Source: Prasinococcaceae sp. CCMP 1430 (Eukaryota; Plantae; Prasinodermophyta). Taken from it: a stretch of 64,000 nucleotides of DNA. Shown here one piece after another: positions 20,823 to 31,445 of the stretch. The translations under genes were made by a program, and so were the position numbers. Each line of letters opens with the position of its first letter. The first letter of the stretch is position 1. Location of the stretch: the NCBI GenBank assembly GCA_013416795.1, contig RQSC01000308.1:1-64000 (forward strand), given 5' to 3'. The notes under the pieces are model-generated. The model saw nothing but the letters and a program-made list of their open reading frames with translations. It did not search any database and was not told the DNA's origin.

Positions 20823-22781
20823 TCAGGCGAGGACGGTGCGCGCGGGAGCCTTGAGCGCGTTCTCCATCTCTGTCAGCCTATCCGAGGAGAACAGGAACCA
20901 CGCAGACCACTCGACAAGCACGCGCAGCGCACGCTGCCTCAGCTGCTCCGTGGCCACGCGGCCGAGCCCCGACTCCGCGATGTTCTTCCCGAGCTCGCAC
21001 ACCGCAACCGGCAGGCGCTTGCAGAGCTCGGTGCGATACGCATCCTGAGCGGAGGACGTGGCGGCCTCTCGCCGGGCGTTGGCGAGAACGTCGCTGCAGG
21101 CGTACATCCCTACGATGCCGGAAAGGGCCCTGTCGGCTCGGAGGCTATCGTCGTCCACATCGTTGCCATCACCACCCTTGGGCTCGTGGCGCAGCACGCG
21201 GCCGGAGACAGCTTCAACAAGGACCGCAGCGACAAATGCCGCGTGTGCTGAAGCGTCGAGCGCGGCCGTCATCACCTCACAAACCGACGATCGCTCGAGA
21301 GTGACCTCGCGCAGCATCGACCGGATGTGCGCGGCCGCGGCCACCGCGCTTTCACCGAACACCGCCGAGTCAGCACCACGCTGCTCATTCTCAGCGGCGT
21401 TCGCAGTCGCATCCGACACCAGCAAGGGCGGGGGCTCCCACTTGGCACCGCCCTCCACCATCACAAACGGATCGGCTTTCCATCGCAGTGCGTGGTCACC
21501 CGCGGCCAGGCTGTACACGCGCCACTTGTAGTACGCGTGCTCCGGCGAGTCCTCGTCGAACAGAAAAGCAAAGAGAGGGTTGGCGGCCTCGCGCGCCATC
21601 ACCTCAACCTCGAAGTTGCCCCCATCCACTGCCACGAAAGAGGCCAGAGCATCGATGATCTGCAGCACACGCTCATCGACCGGGCGGTGGACCGTGATCG
21701 CGTCCACGCCTCCAGATGCCCCAGCACCCGCATCGCCTGCAGCATCCTTGCCATCACTAGCGCCAGCAACGGCAGACTGGACGGCACCGGCGCTGACAAC
21801 ATGCTCTGCTCCTTGAGATGTTCCATCGGCCTTGCCCCGCCCCGCATCCTGCTGCGCCCCCGCAGGCTGAGGGATCGTTCCCGCCCCTCCTGCGAGCGGC
21901 TTGGTCTTCGTGGTCCGCTCGACCGCGACAGCATCGGCCTGCCTGAACTTGGGCACGGCGGGCAGCGCCACTGGCTTGCCCCAGTCGATGCGCACAGCCT
22001 GGTGCCCTCCACCGATGCGGGTGCCCACCAGCGCCCGCATCGCGTCGCGTGCTCCCTCGACCGTCATAAAGGCGACGAAGCCGCTGTTCCACCCTCGGCG
22101 CCGCTCCTCCTCAGAGCGTGGCCACATGACCTTGACGCTCGCGACGTCACCGTAGGCGGCGCACGCCATGCCAAGCATGCGCTCGTCGACGAACGGGTCC
22201 AGGTGCCCGAAGAACAGATTGGTCGTCAGCGACGCGCCATCATGGTGCGAGCCATCTCGAGCGGCGTCGCCGGAGGCGACCGCCGACGCCTGCGGCATCA
22301 CTGCAGCCACCGCCGCCGCACCGCCGACGTGCTGCCGCTCGACCTCGCGCTGCTTGAGCTCCTCAAGGAAGTCGTCCATCGCTCGCCGCTTCTTATTCTT
22401 TGCAGCTGGCATCGATGGAGGCTCCTCCCTCTCTTCATCGGCGTCCGTAGGAAAGCCAGCGAAAGCCTGCGGAGTGCGTTGCTGTGGCTGCTGCCTCGCC
22501 TGCTGTTGCTGCTGCTGCCGCTGCTGCTGCTGAGGCACATATAGCTCCCCTCTCGGCGCCTTCGCGACCCCGCCGCTCACTTCCTTGCCCGCCTGCACCG
22601 TGCCGCCACGCACGAACCCCATCGCCCCCGCGCCGGCCTGCTGCTCCTTCTCGTAGTTGTCGAGGAACTCGCTCATGAACGCGGCATTCTCCTCCTCGTT
22701 GCGGCGGCGCTTTGCCTCCGCCTCCGCCTTCTGCCGCTCGAAGGGCGTCAGCTTGCGCTTGCCGCCGCCGCGCGCCGCCAT
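20823..22781 (-). CDS. U2SURP: U2 snRNP-associated SURP protein (SR140/RRC1-like: RRM, SURP, CID)
   Basis: TTNLFFGHLDP..YGDVASVKVMWPRSEEERRRGWNSGFVAF (RRM); IDALASFVAVDGGNFEVEVM..NPLFAFLF..HAYYKWRVYSL (SURP); CID-like helices. ATG at 22781. Confidence 0.9.
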   Translation of the reverse strand: MAARGGGKRKLTPFERQKAEAEAKRRRNEEENAAFMSEFLDNYEKEQQAGAGAMGFVRGGTVQAGKEVSGGVAKAPRGELYVPQQQQRQQQQQQARQQPQQRTPQAFAGFPTDADEEREEPPSMPAAKNKKRRAMDDFLEELKQREVERQHVGGAAAVAAVMPQASAVASGDAARDGSHHDGASLTTNLFFGHLDPFVDERMLGMACAAYGDVASVKVMWPRSEEERRRGWNSGFVAFMTVEGARDAMRALVGTRIGGGHQAVRIDWGKPVALPAVPKFRQADAVAVERTTKTKPLAGGAGTIPQPAGAQQDAGRGKADGTSQGAEHVVSAGAVQSAVAGASDGKDAAGDAGAGASGGVDAITVHRPVDERVLQIIDALASFVAVDGGNFEVEVMAREAANPLFAFLFDEDSPEHAYYKWRVYSLAAGDHALRWKADPFVMVEGGAKWEPPPLLVSDATANAAENEQRGADSAVFGESAVAAAAHIRSMLREVTLERSSVCEVMTAALDASAHAAFVAAVLVEAVSGRVLRHEPKGGDGNDVDDDSLRADRALSGIVGMYACSDVLANARREAATSSAQDAYRTELCKRLPVAVCELGKNIAESGLGRVATEQLRQRALRVLVEWSAWFLFSSDRLTEMENALKAPARTVLA

Positions 22782-22891
22782 CGCCGCGCGCGCTGGGGAA
22801 GGCGCGCACAGCTCCGACCGAGGCCTCGGCCGCCGCGCCGCGGCCGCGCGAGCACCAGCGCTGCGCACGCGGTGTGGCATGCCGTCGCCCT

Positions 22892-22892
<1 letters not shown>

Positions 22893-22942
<50 letters not shown>
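22893..22942. repeat. Poly-C run, 50 nt (poly-G on the U2SURP sense strand)
   Basis: Homopolymer read directly, 112 nt upstream of the U2SURP ATG. Confidence 0.9.
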
Positions 22943-23182
22943 TTCCCGCTTGCATGCTCAGCCGCGCTCGGGGGTACATGCCACTAATGGGGCCAAGCGC
23001 ACGCATTTTGGGTTTACAAGGGTTTATAAAGTTTCCATTTTAAAGGCGTTTTGACACGGACTGGTGAGTGCTGACTTGCGGCAGAGTCGGTTGGCGGAGC
23101 AGCGCTGCCACAGCCGCGCCCCGGCGCACGCGCCCTCTCCTCGGTCCCCTCCACCCTCCCCGTCCCGCCACGCGGGCCCGCA

Positions 23183-24137
23183 ATGGCGGGGCCGCGTGGC
23201 GTCACGTTTGAGATATGCGGCCACAGGTGCGTCGTGCGATGTGGGGGGGCGACGGGCGTCGCGCAGCCGTGCGCTGCCGTGCTTGCGCGCGGGCGGTGCT
23301 GACGCCCGGCGCGGGCGCAGCTACACGCTCTCGCAGGACATGCTGCGGCGGGGGCGCCCGGCCTCGGCAGCGAAGCGCGCCCGCCGCGCCGCGGCCACGC
23401 TCGCCCTCGTTGTGGCGGCCGCCGCCGCGCCGCGCCACGCGGGTGCTCTCGTGGGTTTGCTGGCGGCCGCGGCGCTCGGCTTCGGCGTGCACAACGAGCT
23501 CTTCCCGGAACGGCGACACAAGATTGCTGGGACGCTCATTCCTATAGCAATGAGAGGCCTCAACAAGGCGATGCGCAATCTGAGGGCGGAATTGCTGAAG
23601 GGCTTGAAGGGTAAGGTCTTGGACGTCGGCTGCGCGTCTGGGCTGTATCTCCCATACGCAAAAGACAAACCTGTGAGCGAGTATGTGGCGCTGGAGCCAA
23701 ACACACACATGCACGGCCAACTGCGAAGTACCGTCGACGAGGCCAACCTGCCCTTCCCTGTGCGCATAACTGGTGGCTTCATCGACGCGCTTGAGGAGGA
23801 GAACGGTACATACGACTGTGTTATCCTTGGCAACGTTCTGTGCGAGGTGCCCTGCCAGGCGTCCTTTCTCAATTCTGTGCGTGAATTGCTCAAGCCCGGC
23901 GGCTGCGTCATATTTTCAGAACACGTGCTCGACGATGACGTGCTATGGCGCCGTGCGATGCAGCACATGCTCGCTTGGTGGTGGTGCGCAGTAAGCGACG
24001 GGTGTCACTGCAACCGCAGGACGATGCCGCAATTGTTGTCCACCTTCGGCGAGGCCAACGTGAAGTGGAGCACTGTGTACGCTGGCTCTTTCCCATGGAC
24101 CGCGCGGTTCGAGCTGGGCGTCGCGGTGCGCCGATAG
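23183..24137 (+). CDS. Class I SAM-dependent methyltransferase, METTL7-like, with an N-terminal hydrophobic anchor (exons 23183-23226, 23321-24137)
   Basis: KVLDVGCASG, VALEPNTHM, YDCVILGNVLCEV, LLKPGGCVIFSEHV, DGCHCNR. The GT-AG intron joins an ATG exon in frame. Confidence 0.85.
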
Positions 24138-24230
24138 GCAGCCTACTAGAAGAACAATCTGATTGTGCCACTGTACAATGACGAGCTTGAATGTGACAGG
24201 AGAAGGCCAGCATGCAAGCGCGGGCACACT

Positions 24231-25592
24231 TTACGTGCTCTCCAACCCGCGCCCATGGCACGCGCGCGCGTCGAAGATCCACAGTGTCAAAGCCAGCCGC
24301 TGCCTATGTGGCCCAGTGGGCAGGACCTCGTGCAGCACCTCCCTGCTCTTGAAAAGGACTAGCGTCCCTGCCTCGGGCACCACATCGACGTGTGCGCTTC
24401 CTGGCACGCCGTTGCATCTGTGCAGCCTCAAGCACCCTCCGTCCCTTTCCTCGTCCCATCCCTCATTCGCGTACAGGCAGCACGTCAGCATGCGTCGATT
24501 GCTTGGCACACCTTCCTCCACGGTGCAGTCCCTGTGCGACACGTAAGCAGCACCGCCAGCCGGATAGCACGCGAGCATGGCGCGCTGCGGGCACGCGAGT
24601 GGCCCCAGTGTGCCCGCGCGGTGCATCTCGGCCGCGACGCCCTTCAGCAGGACGACGGCTGCGCTCAGCGCGGAGTAGCCGCTGCGCGCGCATTCGTGCT
24701 CATCGAGCCACGTGATGAGGTCGTGTCGCGTCTTGAGCTTCTTTTGGACGGTTGGGGCCATCGCGCCGCTCGCGGTGAGCCGCGACATGTCCGACGCCAG
24801 CGCCGTTGCGTCCTATGTGTGAGGAAGAGCACGAATATTGTCAGTCGCGCGGGCAGGCATGTGCTTCTCCGCACTGTGGGCGCTGTGAAATCATGCGTGG
24901 CCAATTGCCCTCGCGGAGCGCACCTGTCGTCGCAGAGCGCCGGCGAGAGCAGCGAAGCCTTTCGTCTCGAGCTCATGCGCCGCATCGTGCGAGCGCAGAA
25001 GCTCGCGCGCCGCTGCACACTCGTGGTTGCTGGCCGGCGTGACAATCTCACGGCGGCGAGCGAGCTCGTTGTTGATGGCGAGGACCTTGGAGGCGACAAC
25101 CTGCTCGGTAACGGCCGCTCGCACCATCTCGTGTAGCTCGGCCTTGCGCATCGAGGCGCGCACCGCAGGGCTGAGCCTCTCGAGCGCGAGCGCAGACGCC
25201 CTGGCTATCTCAGAGCGCATGCGCGCCGCCTCGTCTGCACTGAGAGCGCCGCTCACGACATCGCCCACACCGGCGGCCGCCGACTGCGACGCAGGTCGAG
25301 CGCCACTGACGGGAGCACCGTCGCATCCAGCTCCACCTGCCGCGTACGCAGTCGCGTGTGCCGGCGCTGGCGCCGGCAGTGCCACAGCCTCAGGCGTTCC
25401 CCTCCGTCCCATGTCGCCGCTGCGGCCGCCGGCGTCCTCGCTGCTCCTGTTGCCACGCAGTGTCGGCATGCCGCCGCCTCCTGCCACGCAGAGGCGCGGC
25501 GCACCACAGAGCAGTTCATGCAGATTTGCCACCGTCACCAAAGTCGGCCCCATCCCGCGCTCTGCACCCTCTGCACGCGCGCCGGTGCGCAT
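24231..25592 (-). CDS. 2OG-Fe(II) oxygenase, EGLN/PHD-type prolyl-4-hydroxylase-like (intron 24813-24923); start uncertain
   Basis: MLACYP..YVSHRD (HxD), TCCLYANEGW..DGGCLRL, VPEAGTLVLFKS.EVLHEVLP (distal His), RLALTLW (2OG-binding Arg). Confidence 0.82.
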
Positions 25593-25714
25593 GCGCTGTG
25601 TGACCGACCACAGGAGCAGCCGCCGCCGTTTCGTTCGCCTGTGCGGTCTCGCCACGTGTCCATCGCACTCTCACCACACAGCGCGCGACGGACGCGGCGC
25701 AGTGCCCAACTACC

Positions 25715-26503
25715 ATGGCGCAGACGAACGCGGGGGGGCGCGGTTACACGTTCGGGGTGAACACGCAGCGCGTGGCCAGCGCCACCGCGCAGTATGTGAC
25801 GCTCGACACGACCGCCGGCGCGATCACGCTTGAGCTCTACGCTGCGCACGCGCCGCGCACGTGCAACAACTTCTTCCAGCTTGCGGCGCGCGGCTACTAC
25901 GACGGCACCATATTCCACCGGATCATCAAGGACTTCATGGCGCAGGTGCGTGGTGGAGCAGGCTCTGCGATGAGGGGCGTCGAGCGAGGCGCTCGGGCCC
26001 TCCCTCCTTCGTGCTGACCCTTCTCGCGTGCGCACACGCGCACCCACGGGCGGCCCCGTAGGGCGGCGACCCTACAGGCACAGGCCGGGGCGGTGAGAGC
26101 GTGTACGGGGGCAAATTCGAGGATGAGATCAATCCACAGCTCAAGCACGTCGGTGCCGGCGTGCTCTCGATGGCAAACAGCGGCAAAGACAGCAACGGTA
26201 CGCACGGCTTCGGCCTCAGCTGGGCGGCCCGAGCTCTCCGCGCCCCTCGCAGGCGCGACGCTCACCCGTACTGCGCACGCCCGCACGCGCGCCACGCACC
26301 TATCTGGGCTCCCCGCAGGTTCACAATTCTTCATCACACTTGCGCCCACGCCGTGGCTGGATGGGAAGCACACCATCTTTGGGAGGGTGAGCGCTGGCAT
26401 GGAGGCGGTCAAGCGCATGGGCGCAGTGCCCACCGGCGCGAACGACAGGCCGACCACCGAAATCAAGATAATCAAAGCCACCGCGCACGCCGAGGCACCG
26501 TGA
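25715..26503 (+). CDS. PPIL1: Cyclophilin PPIase, PPIL1/CYP18-2-like (exons 25715-25945, 26062-26197, 26319-26503)
   Basis: [74 protein letters not shown]. Both introns splice in frame. Confidence 0.95.
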
Positions 26504-26756
26504 GCGCTCCTGCGAGTGCGCGCGCATGTAATCATCCCCTCCAAGCGCGGTGTAACGCCCAACCACCCACCGGCGCTCTCGGGCGCGCGGGCGAGCGCGC
26601 ATTTCCGCGCGCCTAGAGGGACACACGAGCGCTCGCTGCCTGGCGGCGAGGTAGACTGAGAGCAAAAATGGTTACGTCGGTGTATCAGCAGGTCGCATAC
26701 CGAGGCGACACGCACCGGCCGATGGTCCGCCGGTGATGCTGCGTAGCGCGCTCTAG

Positions 26757-28373
26757 CTAGAGAATCCTGCGCCGCTTGGCCCACGAGTACATCCCGAAGA
26801 ACATGAGCACAGCCCCCACGACTATGCACGCCGTGCACAAGTAGAACGCCACTACCGACATCTCCAGCGTGCTCTGCAAGTTCATGCCGAAAATGCCCGA
26901 GACCAGGGCGCCGACGGCCACTGGCAAGGTGGCTATGGACAAGATGAGCTCCAACCGGTTGATCTCGAAGCGACGGTTTGACAGCGTCAGCGCAATACTG
27001 TCCTCGGTCTCGCGGGCCGCTTCGAGCATGCGCTCGGCCTCCGAATGAAGGGCCTCCAGCCGCTGCGGAGTTCGCGCGCGGGCACGCGAGAGCGCGCGGA
27101 GCATCCGAGCACAAGCGTCAGGTTCGAGCACGAAATCGAGACAGCCCGTGCCACGAAGCGCGCCCCAGGCACAAGGCCCGTCAAACGCGCACGCGCGGGC
27201 GCGCAAAAGCGACGTACGCACCTGCAAGTAGTACTCAAGCAGCATTTCGACCTCCTCCTCCTCCTCCTCCATCTCAAGGACGGCATCCATCACGTCCTCC
27301 GACGTCCTCGCGTCCTCGAGCTTGAGGGCAGTCTCGGACGCCTCGCCACCGCGCGTGACGATGGATATCTGCCGGATGTCCTCGTCCTCCTCGAGCAGGT
27401 CCTCACACAGTTCCTTGAAAGCGTCCACGCGCGACTCGAAGTTCACCAGCTGCTGCTTCACCTGCCTGAGGCTCTCGAGCGCCTCTGGCGTGATCCTTCC
27501 GGGCAGCCCGCGCAGCAGCGAGTCTACCTTTGGCGTCACGCTCATGAGCTCCGCATCGAGCTGCCCCGTCACTGCGAGAAGCGCGGCCTCGATGACCTCT
27601 ATGCCGAACGAGGTGGGCGCGACGTCTTCCGGCAGCGTCTCCACCACGGACTTCAGGCGCGAGGTGATGACATCCAAGAAGTACTGCGCGTCGGCCGAGT
27701 TCGGTTGGAACAGGTACGCGTAATTCGAGCCGACGATCGCACGGATCGACCCGAGGTTGAGCAGCACCACGTTGTCGCGGATGAGCATGGCCGGCGAGGC
27801 GTTGAACGAGGAGAGCGTCGGGTCGATGCGGCGCAGGTCGCGTGGCCGCAGGCCGGTGTCCGCGAGGAGCCTTCTGCGCTGCACCACGTCGTACGACGTC
27901 TCACCGTTCGCGCTGATGGTGATCACCTGGTACACTTGCGAGCGCGCGACCGTCACGGAGCCAGGCACGGCCTTCTCACGGCCGGGCACGGCCTTCTTGC
28001 TGCTACCGTTCCTGACGGCGGTGCCCTCCGTGACGCCCTCAATCTCGCCGCCGACACAAACTTGATCGCCGCCATCGACGCCGCCCGCGTTGTAGGTCTC
28101 CCCCGCGACGACACTTCCGCTGTGGATCGGCGTGTCAACGCCGCCGGCCGCCACCTCTCCGTCGACGACGGGCGCGCGATGGCGCAAGGGCACGCGGCCC
28201 GGCGCCCAACTCAGCCTGCTACTGGGCGCGTCGCCGTCGCCTGCGGGCGGGGCGGGCGGAGCACGCCCCTGGGTGGCCCGCGCCACGCGGCGCACCGTCT
28301 TAGCCCCTGTTCGTCGCCAGGGGCCCACCGCCCGCGCCTTAGCGGCACAACTGCCCGCCGCGCCCGCCTGCAT
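26757..28373 (-). CDS. MRS2: MRS2/CorA magnesium transporter, plastid MRS2-11-like (intron 27063-27221)
   Basis: GLRPRDLRRIDP, PFE-like SFGIEVIEAAL, EMLLEYYLQ|RLEAL, two C-terminal TMs with the GMN motif (GIFGMNL). Ala/Arg-rich transit-peptide-like N-terminus. Confidence 0.93.
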   Translation of the reverse strand: MQAGAAGSCAAKARAVGPWRRTGAKTVRRVARATQGRAPPAPPAGDGDAPSSRLSWAPGRVPLRHRAPVVDGEVAAGGVDTPIHSGSVVAGETYNAGGVDGGDQVCVGGEIEGVTEGTAVRNGSSKKAVPGREKAVPGSVTVARSQVYQVITISANGETSYDVVQRRRLLADTGLRPRDLRRIDPTLSSFNASPAMLIRDNVVLLNLGSIRAIVGSNYAYLFQPNSADAQYFLDVITSRLKSVVETLPEDVAPTSFGIEVIEAALLAVTGQLDAELMSVTPKVDSLLRGLPGRITPEALESLRQVKQQLVNFESRVDAFKELCEDLLEEDEDIRQISIVTRGGEASETALKLEDARTSEDVMDAVLEMEEEEEEVEMLLEYYLQVRTSLLRARACAFDGPCAWGALRGTGCLDFVLEPDACARMLRALSRARARTPQRLEALHSEAERMLEAARETEDSIALTLSNRRFEINRLELILSIATLPVAVGALVSGIFGMNLQSTLEMSVVAFYLCTACIVVGAVLMFFGMYSWAKRRRIL

Positions 28374-30179
28374 GCTGGCCACCAGCGACGGGTGCTAGCC
28401 CCGGCCGTTGGGCGCGAGCGCCGGCGGCTGCCGAGGCAGAGGCGCGCGTGGGCGCGAGCGCACGCACCCGCGCCGCACGCGCACGCGCGCGCGCTTCCGC
28501 GCGTTCCCGCACTCCCCCGCACACCGACTTCTCCGGAGCGCGCGCGCGAAAACCCACCCCCGCCGCGATTCCCGCCGCTCGGCCGGGCCCACAGATGCAG
28601 ATACCACTCACATTTCCATTTCCCCCGTGCAATGCGTGCATGCTCCCCAAAAATAATACTGTAACCCTGCCCTAATAAAAAGAACCCTAACCGCGACCTC
28701 GGTGCAAACATCGGAACGCTCGCTCGCTCCCGCCCGCGGCACCCTCCGGCCACAGCCGATTCAGAGTACAGCAGGACGAGTGTTTCAGACCGGTGCATCG
28801 ATGGATCGATCGGCGGTCCGAAAATCCGGCCGTTGGGTCTGCATCCGGGCGTTGCTCTCGATGGCGCCGCCCGGCCCCCTACACGCGCTCGCTCGTCGAC
28901 GTCCCCAACCGACCAACCAACACCCCAGTCAGTTCGTTTGCCATCGCATCATCGCACAACGGACAGGTTGGTTGGAGGACGGCCGGTCGGTCGGGGGTCG
29001 GAACGGGGTTGGCCGGGGATTGACCCGGGGCTGAACGTTTCCGAGATCCGATCTGTCGGTCGGTCGGTCGGGGGGCAATAGGGGGATTGGTCGGGCGTCG
29101 CTGGGAGGGGATTGGACCGCTGTTGTGCGATGTCATTGCGATACCAAGGCGCGGCGAAAATCCGCGGCGGCGCCCGTGGTCAAACCGCATGCTTTTCGCG
29201 CGCGTTCGAACCGCGCGCGCGCGCGCGCGCGGCGTGCGTGCGCGGCGTTTCGCGGCTTTTTTTTTTTTTTTGGTCATCGTCCACCAAACCGCGCACGCCC
29301 CCGCCCCCTCCCCTGCCGCTCTGCGCGCGCATCTGGGTCCGCGACAGGGTTCGAGCCCTCGCGGCCGCTCCGCCCCGCGAGCGCCCCGCCGGCGCCGACG
29401 CGCGCTCTCCTCCCCTTCCCATAGAAAAAAAGAAAAAAAAAAGATGCGAGCCCGCGCGAAATCAAAATCAAATCGCAGCGTGGGCGGCGCACCTCGGACA
29501 GAAGCTTCCAGCGTCGCGTTGCGCACGTCACGCGTTTGGGCGAGTTTTTACCCCACGGGAGATCTATCCTTTTGACTTTGACTTTGACCTCATCATCATG
29601 CACCGCCTGCCTGTGCCGTGCACGGACCAACGTGAGGCAAAGCGACGGTGCCACAGCCAACCAAAAACACGGCAAAATGGCCCAGTATAATTCCCGAATT
29701 CGATCTGATTGGGGCGCGCGCGCGTGCCCCTTTCGGATCGTCAGACTCTTCACCGCTGGATCATTCGACGGCTTCGATTTTCTGCCTCGGTCGGCTCCGC
29801 AGGCGCGCCGGCGGCACGCACGCATGTGTGATCAGACGGCATCACAGGCGCGGCGCCGCGCCACCAATAAGGGTTCGATGACATAAAGGGTCTGTTGTAT
29901 TCCCGTTTTGAACGCTACGTGACCTGTTTCCGCCGCGGGGGCGCGCGGCGCCGAACGCCCTCGAGGTTCGGGGTTGCGCGCGGGCAGAAAAAAAGATCGC
30001 TGCGGAAAAAGGGCGCGCGCGCCGCCGGACGAGAAGAAATATCTGGGTCGCGGAGCGGCGTCGCCGAAAGCGCGGCGGCGCGCGCGCGGCCGGGTGGCGG
30101 ACGGGCTCGATCGCGGGGTGAATCCGCGGGAGCGCGCGCGCGAAAACGCGAGCGGCGGATCGGTGGCGGNNNNNNNNNN

Positions 30180-31306
30180 CCGCGCGCGCGGCGCGCGCGT
30201 TCGCGGCGGCCGCGGCGGGCGACGACGCTCCCATCGAGATCGAGCTCATGCGGCCCTTCGTCACGCACAAGTGCGACCCGCCGTCGCAGACCGTCACGAC
30301 GTCGCCTTCGGAGCTGCGCCAGATGTACCGCGACATGTACCTCATGCGGCGCCTCGAAATCGCGTCCGACGTGCTGTACAAGTCCAAGTTCATCCGCGGC
30401 TTCTGCCACCTGTACGACGGCCAGGAGGCCATCTGCGTTGGCATGGAGGCTGCGCTGACCTACGACGACTGCATCATCACCTCGTACCGCGACCACTGCA
30501 CCTACCTCGGGCGCGGTGGCAGCATCGAGAAGGTGTTCGCCGAGCTGCTCGGCCGTGAGACGGGCTGCGCACTCGGCAAGGGTGGCTCGATGCACATGTA
30601 CATGAAGGAGACCAACTTCTACGGCGGGAACGGCATCGTGGGCGCGCAGCAGCCGCTGGGTGCGGGCCTTGCGTTCGCGCAGAAATACAGGGGCATGCCC
30701 AACTGCACCATGACGCTCTACGGCGACGGGGCGGCCAACCAGGGTCAGCTGTCTGAGGCGATGAACATGGCCGCACTGTGGGACCTGCCGGTCGTTTTCG
30801 TTTGCGAGAACAACCACTACGGCATGGGCACCAGCGTGGAGCGCTCGTCTAAGAGCGGCGCGTACTACACCCGCGGCGACTACGTGCCCGGCATGAAGGC
30901 CGATGGCATGGACGCGCTCGCGGTCAAGCAGGCGGTGGCGTACGCCAAGGAGCACTGCGTGAGCGGCAAGGGGCCGTTCGTGCTTGAGCTCGACACATAC
31001 CGCTACCACGGCCATTCCATGTCCGACCCTGGCTCCACCTACCGCACGCGCGACGAGGTGAGCGGCGTGCGCCAGGAGCGCGATCCTGTGGACCGCATCC
31101 GCAAGCTGCTGCTGGAGTACTCGATTGCCGAGGAAAAGGATATCAAGACGTGGGAAAAGGAAATCCGCAAGCAGATCGACGCGGGCGTCGAGTTCGCCAA
31201 GAGCTCCTCGGTGCCGGCGGACGAAGCGCTGTATCAGCACGTGCTTGTGGACCCCAGCGGTATCGAGGCACGCACGGTCTCTGCCGACTTCGCGCCGCTG
31301 CGCTGA
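30180..31306 (+). CDS. PDHA: Mitochondrial-type pyruvate dehydrogenase E1 alpha; start hidden in the gap at 30170-30179
   Basis: [30 protein letters not shown] motif [39 protein letters not shown]. Confidence 0.96.
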
Positions 31307-31445
31307 CTTGGCAGCACGCGCATCGCAGACTCGTGCACAGGGGCGGATTATTCATGGATATGTACAGCCAGCAATTCTGACACGGGGGCGAGCGCACGAG
31401 CGTGCGCGACGGCGCGCACGGGCTCGCGCGCCGACGACGCTCAGC

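Noticed and set aside
29335-29365. GGTTCGAGCC B-box/T-loop-like motif suggesting a tRNA
   Set aside because: The T-stem does not pair properly, and there is no A-box, D arm, anticodon arm or acceptor stem.
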